A stretch of 64,000 bases of DNA from Daphnia carinata (Eukaryota). Made by a program: the position numbers and the translations under genes. The DNA is taken from contig NC_081331.1 in NCBI RefSeq assembly GCF_022539665.2, positions 9,982,001 to 10,046,000 of the forward strand, written 5' to 3'. Positions within the stretch are counted from its first letter, which is position 1. The number at the start of each line of letters is the position of its first letter. Positions 44,401-54,100 of the stretch are shown piece after piece. A model generated the notes under the pieces. The model saw only the letters and a program-made list of their open reading frames with translations. It made no database searches and was not told the DNA's origin.

Positions 44401-47400
44401 CATCTTGGAAACGATGACGGGCTTCAAGGCACCTTCCAACTTGGCGCTCAGGGTGGACATGCTCCAGCCACCTTCAATCTGGGACTTGACGGAGGCGAAG
44501 ATGCTGTGGTGGCTGACCCAGGAGTAAGCCAAACCCATGGAAGAGGGGATACGGGCGAAAGAGTCCAAAAGAGGCAAGTATTTGTGGAAGTTGATCTCCA
44601 TTTTACCGGCGTTCTCGCGGAATCCCTTCTGCAAGATCTGTCTCTCGATCATCTTGAAGACGGTGCTGGGGTTGACGGTGTAGAAGCGCTGGTAGTTGTC
44701 CAAGAAGTTCAGGTAGATGTAGAGCTCAGGCTGGCCAGTGGCGCGGGCCTCAATCTTCAGCTCTTCGTGGATTTTCTCCAACTCGGGGCTGATGATGGAA
44801 GACTCGTCCTTGTTCTGCTTGAAGCGGAGTCCGGGCTTGCCGACCAAACGATCAATGAATTTCTCGGCGTGCTTGCTGTCAATGGTGATTTCCATCAGCC
44901 TAGTGAACCAGGGGCCCATGGCGACGGACAAGCTGCTGTAGTGGTGAGAGGGGATGAAGGACTCGAAGCCGGGGAAGTTGACGGTCTCGGTCATGTAACC
45001 AAGACGGGTCTTCTCGGAGTAACCAGCCTTCTGGTAGTTCAGGGCAGCGTGGGAAGTCCAGAACATGGGCTTCATCAAAGCCATAACGGACTCGGCGCGG
45101 ACAGTCTCCTCGCGGTCGATGGGGTTCTTGTTGGCGACCTTGCTGGCGATGGTGGTGTAGATGAAATGGGAGATCTGGTCGTTGGGCTCGTACCAGGTGC
45201 TCAAGGCAACGCGGGTCCAGAAAGCCTGGGGAGGGTTGCTGAAGAAGAGCAGGGAAAGAGCGGCCAAACGGACCTCGGTTTCCTCAGCCTTGTTGAAGTA
45301 GATGGGCATCAGCAGGGTACCGACGATCTCCTTCTTCTCAGCAGCCAAAGTGGCCAAAGCGAAGATAGCCTTGGTGCGGACGATGTTGCAGATGGCCTCA
45401 TCTTCCCAGTCCTCGGATTCAGCACGGGAGAGAACGATATCTTCCTGCTCCTGTTCGTACTTTTTCAAGTTGAGAGTCTTCTTGGCTTCGATCCACTTCT
45501 TCCTCATCTCCTTCTTGGACAAGTTGACCAAATCGCGTTGGTTGCGCTCGTACCATTCGTTTTCGTAGTGAGTGCTGGGTTCGCAGCTGGTGATGAAGGG
45601 CTTGACGAAGGGAACGATCATCTCGTGGCCAATGTTACCCAAAGCGGTCAGGAAAGCGATACGCTCACCGGCGTCAGTGGCGATCTTAGCCTGTTCGGCC
45701 AAGTAGGGAACCAACTGTCTGGCAACGATGGAGTCGCTGGGGTTGCAGAACTCGCCCATAACCAACTTGGGGAACATGTTCAAACCAAGAGTGGTGTTGA
45801 CGCAGGCCTGGTAGACCAAGCGGGACAGGGAGAGAGCGGTGGTGATCTTGAGCTGGCGGTGGCTCGAGACAACTTCGGATTTCAAGAATTCCTATGCAAT
45901 GAGGTGAAAAGATGTCGTTCATTGAGATGTAAAATGTTTGAAATTTCTTTATTCTTTCCCTTACCATGAAGCTAGCCAAAAGCTCCTTGGTGGGGGTCTC
46001 AATGGTGGGGACGAGGGCAGACATAGCCTGGACGGCTTGCTCACCAGTGATCTTACCCTGGAGGATGTATTCGCGGACCAACATCAACGATGGGTTGGTG
46101 CCAGTAAGCATCAAAGCGTCAACAACAATTTGGCTGCATATGAAAACTCATTAATAAAGTTGAACAATTAATTTATAAGCTAATGAAATTTACTTGGAGG
46201 TGCTCCATTCCTTGTTTTCCCAAACCTGGGCAACGAAAGCCATCAACTCGCTGTAGTCGAAAGAGGCCAAAGCCCTGCGGAGCATGTTGATCTTGTCGGA
46301 GGTGTGCTTGGTGGCGGGGTCGACGTAGTAAGACTCGGATTCAATGTCGCTGACGATTTCGGTCAACAGACGGAAAGCCTCCTTCTTGAGGACCTCAGTC
46401 TCGACTTCCATGATCATGGGAGAGTTGACATTGCGGAGAGTGGGCTTGCCCATCAAGGGTCCGTGGGTCTTGTAATCATCATCGTAGGAGTAAGCGAGGG
46501 TCTGGTAGATGTGGACATCGGGGGAGATGCGGGAAACCAACTTGGAGTAGCCAGTGGGGGTGGCAGATCTCAGGGTCAAATGCTGGACAGTCAAACCTTC
46601 GGTAGCTTCAGTTTCGTAGCTGAAAGGCTTCACGACCAACTTGTCAATGGACTTGATGCGTTGGACGATGAAGTGTCCTTCATTGGAGGTACAACCGATG
46701 ATTCTAACAGTGTCAGAGTGCTAGAGGGAGCCAATCGAATAACCAATATTTAAACTTAGATATAAGACACAAAAAAACTAGACAAATCCTTATGCCCAGC
46801 CTATTGTGAAAATCCAAGTACCGACATTTCGTTCTCGCAACCGGCGCCATTGACCAAGTTGCATTGCAGACCCTGGTTGCTGTTGTAGTTGAAGATGGGC
46901 AGAATGCGGCATTTGTCCAAATCGCGGTTCTTCACGATCTCGTAGATGGGGAAGTTCTGGCAGAGCTCGGGGGCGGGCAACAACCAGGGCTCAGCTTCGA
47001 TAACCTCAGTGGGCAGACGGCTGATGTGGTACCAGGTCTGGCACTCACCAGTCACGGATCCCTATTAATTTCAATGAATTAGCGTTTCATGACAAGTGAC
47101 TATATTTAGCAGCATATTACCTCCATAGCGTGGTAGACGGTGTTGTCGGCGTAGTAGTTGTCGTATTCACCCTGTTGGAAGACACCAGAGGTACCATCGA
47201 GCTGGAGCTGGATCTGGGCAGCCAAAGCGCGCTTGAAGTTAACGATCCACAAGGGCTCTTCTTTGCCAATGGCGACGCTCTCGACCTACAGAAGTATGTT
47301 TTTGAAGTGACCATAATTCGTTTCATTTGAAGATGGGTATACCTTGCCAGAAACAAATTTGACTTGGAAGGGTTTCTCGAGATGTTCTTGGTCGATGATG

Positions 47401-48721
47401 CGGACTTCCTGTCCCGGATCGACTTCAGAGTATTTCTCCATCACGTCTTCGTTGAATTGCTTACCCTTAGTGGCAAGCAACTAAATTTCGGGAAATATAC
47501 ACAGTCGAAAATCATGAATTAGTTTCTTAAGTAAAAGTACTAAAACTGAATAAGTATCCACTTACAGCAACAACGGCGGTGCTTTCATCGACGGGCTCAA
47601 TGGTTAGACGACCCTTGATGGAACCACCGGAAACCTTGGTGCTGATGCCCATGATACCAGTTGAAGTCCAGCCGGCGTAATCGTATTCGTAGGTGTAACC
47701 GGCCATCCAGACTGTAAATTGAAAACACCGTTTTAATTTGAACTAGATAGTTATAGAATAATATTTTTACCTTTGCGGGTGGGGGCAGCGGTTTCGAGGG
47801 TCAACCTGTCGACGCTGATGTCGGGGCGTTCAATACCTTCCAAGTTCAAGTTGGAGGGGACTTTCTGGCCTTCGACGGCACCGAAATAAGGGTGACGGAC
47901 GTTTTCCCAGGACTGTTCACCGTTCAAGATATCCTGTTCGATCTTCTCGAAAGCTTTCTCAGCTCCGTAGGTGGTTGATTCCTTATCGATGGAGATAGGT
48001 TCCTCAATTTGAGACAGAGTGAGCAGGCCACAAGCGATCAGACGGTCGTCGGAGCCGACCTTCTTGGAGCGAGCCCTATCGTCGGGGAGTTCGTGGATAA
48101 CGACGGCACGGCCCAAGATGCTGCGCGGGCTTTCTTCGTACAGGGACACCAGCGAGGAGATCAAGCTGATGTCGGTGCGGGAAGGAGCACCCGAGAAGGT
48201 CTAAATAAAATTTGTATGTTTAAGCTAAGTTGTTCACCAACAGTTTCAGCATCTTTGTTATATTTTTTTGCCAAACATTTTACCTTGATGTTGCCGAGAT
48301 AACCGACAGAGCGTTCGCTTTCGTACTTGTCAGCAGGAACGAACTGACCGCCGACGTTGTCACATTGGTCACCCAGAGTTGTTCCAGCGTGGACGTGGAG
48401 ACCATGACGACCGGGCTCCAAACCGTAAATGACACCACGGATCTTTACAGGGCTAGAAATCGAAGCTTGTTCCATCATCAATTTGCCACTGATGTCCATA
48501 CCCTCCATAGTAACAATGGCACGGCGGGGACCCTCAGTGGGCTTATGGGGAGATCGGGCAGCGACACATCCGAGTGCGAAGACTATGCAAAAAACATTTG
48601 GTAAAGTAAATTATGAACATAACAAATTATTTTATATTATTCAAAAGTTATAATTGGTAAAGACAAATTAAATTAGTAAAGAAATCTGGAAATTACCGAG
48701 GAAGACTGTGTGAAGACGCAT
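41491..48721 (-). CDS. vtg: Vitellogenin fused to an N-terminal Cu/Zn-SOD-like domain, copy A (17 exons, about 2000 aa)
   Basis: Signal peptide MRLHTVFLVFALGCVAA; SOD-like GLEPGRHGLHVH, GYLGNI, GRAVVIHELPDD, IACG; vitellogenin-N (WMAGYTYEYDY, WIVNFKRALA, GECQTWY, ALGNIG, EVRLAA); vWD with GRLCGLCG. ATG at 48721, TAA at 41491-41493. Intron positions match copy B. Confidence 0.96.
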
Positions 48722-48802
48722 CTTGATCGTGCCCGAACCACTGGGTAGGGTACTTGACACGAAAATGGCTTTAACACAAAAGCCTCTGTGTTCTTCTTGG
48801 GC

Positions 48803-48809
48803 TTTTATA
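48803..48809 (-). promoter_or_regulatory. TATA box of vtg copy A
   Basis: TATAAAA on the minus strand, about 80 nt upstream of the ATG at 48721. Confidence 0.7.
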
Positions 48810-51037
48810 TCACTGGAAATTGTTCTTACTCGGCAATTTATTTCCATTTGTGTAAAAGAAAATATAGAGCGGATGGCCTCCGCTCCCGCCCTCTTCGTGA
48901 TGTTTTCGCCACCCCTCAATCACCCAATCAAAGCAGTTGATGTAGCATTTTAGGGAGATTTATACTTGCGAACTTAGCAAAATATCATGATGGTTTATGT
49001 CGGAAAAATTGCCCCGTCAGGCAAAATGACTTGGCCCTGTTGGCAACTGAAAATGTATGCACCGTTATGGAACTGAAAGAAGATTTGGTTTCATTTAGTG
49101 CCACAACCGTTAATCAAACCAATCAGTACTTAGTTACTATACAAGGGAACCCTATACTCTTCAAGCGTTTTATCTGTAATTGATACGAATTGCATAGATT
49201 GAAACTATTTGAAATCTTTTTGTTCCGTAAAACACTTAATTTGGCCGACCAATACTTTGGCATATTAAATTTGGTAATAATAATTGGAGAATAATCAAAT
49301 TAACAGAGGCATTTCGAAACAATTGCCTGTTCATTGCATTCGAAGGTATCGAGAAAAGATATACATGGGCAAATGGCTTGCGATTTACTATAACAATAGA
49401 CCTGTATATAACCATTTTCTTTTACAACTATTTAATGAAATTTACAAAATTCGAGCGATGCGAATAAACTCTGAAGTGATAAGAAAATGCGTTTTCAAAA
49501 TATGCCTGCAGTGGGTAACGACATCCGGTGTTGATCGTGGAGATTTAACAGTGCCAATGCTGACACGTTTTAATTTTATGAAACATGATTCCCGCTATTT
49601 GGAATAGAGTAACGCTTTCCATCCCCCGTGCTTGCGATAAACATTCAGTCATATGATACTGCCACTGTGTGGTTATAGAGTTACAAAGGTCAAGCATGAC
49701 GAAAATGATTAGCAGAACTGCAACGGTTCCAATTGGTGTACTCAAAAAATTTGTTCTTTTAGAATGTTCTTTTAAATAATTGCCAGCCAACTAATATTAG
49801 GCCTAAATGTCTACCCCATTTCTGTAGTATCGAAAGGCTGAAACATTCATAAACTTTGCATTCATTGCTTGTACGTATCTCTCTCTGTACACCTCTCTCT
49901 GTATTTACCTCTCCCGAAATGTATTTAGTGGTCAAAAATTATATATACGATTGAAGAGGGAAGTAATCGGTTTTGCTTTTTTGTAATTTTTCGTTCCATG
50001 GTATAGTAAAAACGATGAAACCGGGATTCAAACATAGTGCATGTAATTTAAAAAAATCAAAGACGGTGATATGTTATATTCTGCATTAAATTCAGATGCC
50101 CAATAGGTGGAAATTTCATCTATATACATCAAATTATGGTTTAGTATTGTAATTGCTAATCTTTCTTGGTTTGGCTTTTTGTGTCAGAAGAATGGTCTGC
50201 AATACGTCGTTACATCATACTAGGGTACACCGCTAGGCAGTATAAGAATTAATTGCCGTTTATTTATTATCCCGGTAGAATTACTACCATGAGATGCGAG
50301 CACAGGCATGGTGAAAATGCTGTGCCCAACGGTGAAAAAGCACGGATTTTTTTATCACTGCGTAGCTACGGTGGCGCACGCCATGGTAGAGATAACAAAC
50401 ACGCCTATGCGGTAAAAGCGTGAGGTGGATGCGGCCCGTGAGTTTACACCCCGCGCAATCCCTAACTCCGCGTCATGGAGGCGTCCTGCTAAGCGTACTT
50501 AGAGGCTCGTTACAGCAAAATAAATCAAAGAGGATTGCGCAATTCATATAGGTATACTGGTTTATCCTATCCTGCAATTGCTATGTTCCTTTAAAACCTT
50601 CTCCGTTGTTGATTGTGAAAAACACATTTCAAATGGAAAAATTAAAACATTTCTTAAGAGGATAAAATACAAAAGATGTTAGCCATTGATAAAGCTAATA
50701 AGCTCATGTATAATATTGGCCTGAGTAACATTCGGGAAACTGCTTCGGCAGCAACTGACGGACTCTATAGTGCTATTAACTGTTTAGCAATGCAAAAAGC
50801 GGTCGATGACAGGAAATTTTAAAAATTGTCGTCACATAATTTTATCAAGCCCTCGTACGGCTAGGACATACGATATGATAACAAAAATATTGTGCGCAAA
50901 TTGAACACGCTGTTCATAAGCGATAAGATTTAGATGACCTCACCTTCTTTTACCGTGCAGCGCATACGCCATTTCTTGGTTTCTTGGACTGTTATTCATG
51001 AAAATATGGAATTGCTGAATAAGACGTCTGATTAGAC

Positions 51038-51044
51038 TATATAT
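51038..51044 (+). promoter_or_regulatory. TATA-like box of vtg copy B
   Basis: TATATAT about 80 nt upstream of the ATG at 51125, the same spacing as in copy A. An Inr-like TAGTT lies about 30 nt downstream. Confidence 0.6.
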
Positions 51045-51124
51045 TGGCAGTCGGTAGAGTCAGAAAATTGTAGTTCATTGAATTCATGCCAAGTACCAAC
51101 ACCGAGTGGTTCGGGCTGATAAAA

Positions 51125-54100
51125 ATGAAACTCCTTGCACTCTTTCTCGGTATGTTATACGGCAGTTTTTTCAAACTTGAACGCTCATTTTTTTAGATCG
51201 TGTATTTAGTTGAAATTTAGAATATAGAAGACGATTAAATTCTTCTATTGCTATTTCATGTCTTCCCATGATTTAGTTATTGCCGTTGGATGTTGCGCTG
51301 GAAAATCTGTTGAGGGCCCTCGTCGTGCTTTGGTTACCATCCAGGGAACTGGTGATGTTAGCGGCAAACTCATGATGGAACAGGCTTCCGTCAGCAGCCC
51401 AGTCAAGATCCGCGGTGTCATTTATGGCTTGGAGCCCGGTCTCCATGGCATTCATGTCCACGCTGGAACATCATTGGGCGTTCAGTGCGAAAATGTCGGT
51501 GAACGACTTTTCGATGCTGACAAGCGTGAACACGAGAAATTGGCTGGCCACCTAGGCAACGTCAAGGTGATAATCCCTAAAACTTTAATGTGATCAAAGT
51601 AGTAAATTAAAATGTAGTGAAAATTTCTAATATCATTCTTCACTTTGCTCGGAATAGTTTTGTATCAGCAGTAATTGTAATAATTGAAGACCACATCAAA
51701 TACTTTTCTAGATTAAAAAATTAATGCAATTCAAATGTGATTTTCAATTTTAGACATTCTCGGGTGTGCCTTCTCGCACCGACATCAGCCTGATTTCCTC
51801 GTTGGTGTCCCTGTTTGAAGACCATTCTCGCAGTGTTTTGAACCAAGTTCTCGTCGTCCATGCTCTTCCCGATGATTTGGCCCTCGTCAACAAAAAAGTC
51901 AAGGATTTGCCTGAAAGCCACATTTTGGCTTGCGGTCTGATCCTCTCCAACAAAGTTGAGGCTTTCCAGTCCATCGAGAAGGAGTCTATCCTTTTGGGTT
52001 TGGAGGCTCCATTCCAAATCGGCAAGATCGAACAACGCATCTTGAGTGGAGAACAATCGTGGGAAAATGTTCGCCATCCTCATTACGGAGCCACCGAAGG
52101 TCAGAAGGTACCCTCCAACTTGAATTTGGAAGGTATCGAACGCCCCACTAACGTCGATAGCCTGACCCTTGAAACTGCTGCCCCGACTCGCAAAGGTAAA
52201 AATATTATTCTATAACGATCTAGTACAAATTAAAACGGTGTTTTCAATTTATAGTCTGGATGGCCGGTTACACCTACGAATACGATTACGCCGGCTGGAC
52301 CTCTACTGGTATCATGGGCATCAGCACCAAGGTTTCCGGTGGTTCCATCAAGGGACGTTTGACCATTGAGCCCGTCGATGAGAGCACCGCCGTTGTTGCT
52401 GTAAGTGGATACTTATTCAGTTTTAGTACTTTTACTTAAGAAACTAATTCATGATTTTCGACTGTGTATATTTCCCCAAACTTAGCTGCTCGCCACCAAG
52501 GGCAAGCAATTCAACGAAGATGTCATGGAGAAGTACTCCGAAGTCGATCCCGGACAGGAAGTCCGCATCATCGACCAAGAACACCTCGAGAAGCCCTTCC
52601 AAGTCAAGTTCGTCTCCGGCAAGGTCTACCCATCTTCAAATGAAACGAATTATGGTCACTTCAATAACGTACTTCTGTAGGTCGAGAGCGTCGCCATTGG
52701 CAAAGAAGAGCCCTTGTGGATCGTTAACTTCAAGCGCGCTTTGGCTGCCCAGATCCAGCTCCAGCTCGATGGAGCCTCTGGTGTCTTCCAACAGGGTGAA
52801 TACGACAACTACTACGCCGAGAACACCGTCTACCACGCCATGGAGGTATGATACTGTCAACTAAGTTCATCCAACGACAGGTGCTAATTTATTGAACACA
52901 ATAGGGATGTGCTACTGGTGAATGCCAAACCTGGTACCACATCAGCCGTCTACCCGTCGAAGTTGTTGAGGCTGAGCCTAAACTTCTGCCCGCCCCCGAG
53001 CTCTGCCAGAACTTCCCCATCTACGAGATCGTGAAGAACCGCGATTTGGACAAATGCCGCATTCTGCCCATCTTCAACTACAACAGCAACCAGGGTCTGC
53101 AATGCAGCTTGGTCAACGGAGCCGGCTGCGAGAACAAAATGTCGGTACTTGGATTTTCACAATAGGCTGGGCATAAGGATTTGTCTAGTTTTTTTGTGTC
53201 TTATATCTAAGTTTAAATATTGGTTATTCGATTGGCTCCCTCTAGCACTCTGACACTGTTAGAATCATCGGTTGTACCTCCACTGAGGGTCACTTCATCG
53301 TCCAGCGCGTCAAGTCCGTTGACAAGTTGGTCGTCAAGCCCTTCAGCTACGAGACTGAAGCCACCGAAGGTTTGACCATCCAGCACTTGACTTTGAAGTC
53401 TGCCACCCCCACTGGCTACTCCAAGTTGGTTTCCCGCATCTCCCCCGATGTCCACATCTACCAGACTTTGGCTTACTCTTATGACTCCGACTACAAGACC
53501 CAAGGACCCCTTATGGGCAAGCCTACTCTCCGCAACGTCAACTCTCCGATGGTCCTTGAAGTCAAGCCTGATATCCTTAAAAAGGAAGCTCTCCGTCTGC
53601 TTTCTGAAATCATCAGCGATGTTGAGTCTGAGGCTTACTACGTCGACCCCGCTACCAAGTACACTTCTGACAAAATCAACATGCTCCGCAGAGCTCTGGC
53701 TTCACTCGAATACAACGAGCTTATGGGTTTCGTTTCCCAGGTTTGGGAAAACAAGGAATGGAGCACCTCCAAGTAAATTTCATTTGTTTATAAAGCAACT
53801 GTAAAAAATTACTGATCCGTTTTCCTTTATAGCCAAATTGTTGTCGACGCTTTGATGCTTTCTGGCACCAACCCTTCTTTGATGTTGGTCCGCGAATACA
53901 TCCTTAAGGGTAAGATCGTTGGTGAACAAGCCGTCCAGGCTATCTCCGCCCTCGTACCGATTGTTCAGACTCCCACCAAGGAGCTTTTGACCAGCTTGAT
54001 GGTAAGAAATAGATTGACTAAAGATATTTTATCAATCCCATTACAGTGAATAAAATCTTTTCACCTCATTGCCAAAGGAACTTTTGAAGTCCGAAGTCGT

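Noticed and set aside
44107..45969. 620-aa plus-strand ORF (and similar ORFs at 41828-42439, 54450-55334, 55335-55883, 57553-58083)
   Set aside because: These are antisense shadows of vitellogenin exons. Strong C/G-ending codon bias removes stops on the opposite strand, and the equivalent frame is interrupted in the paralog.
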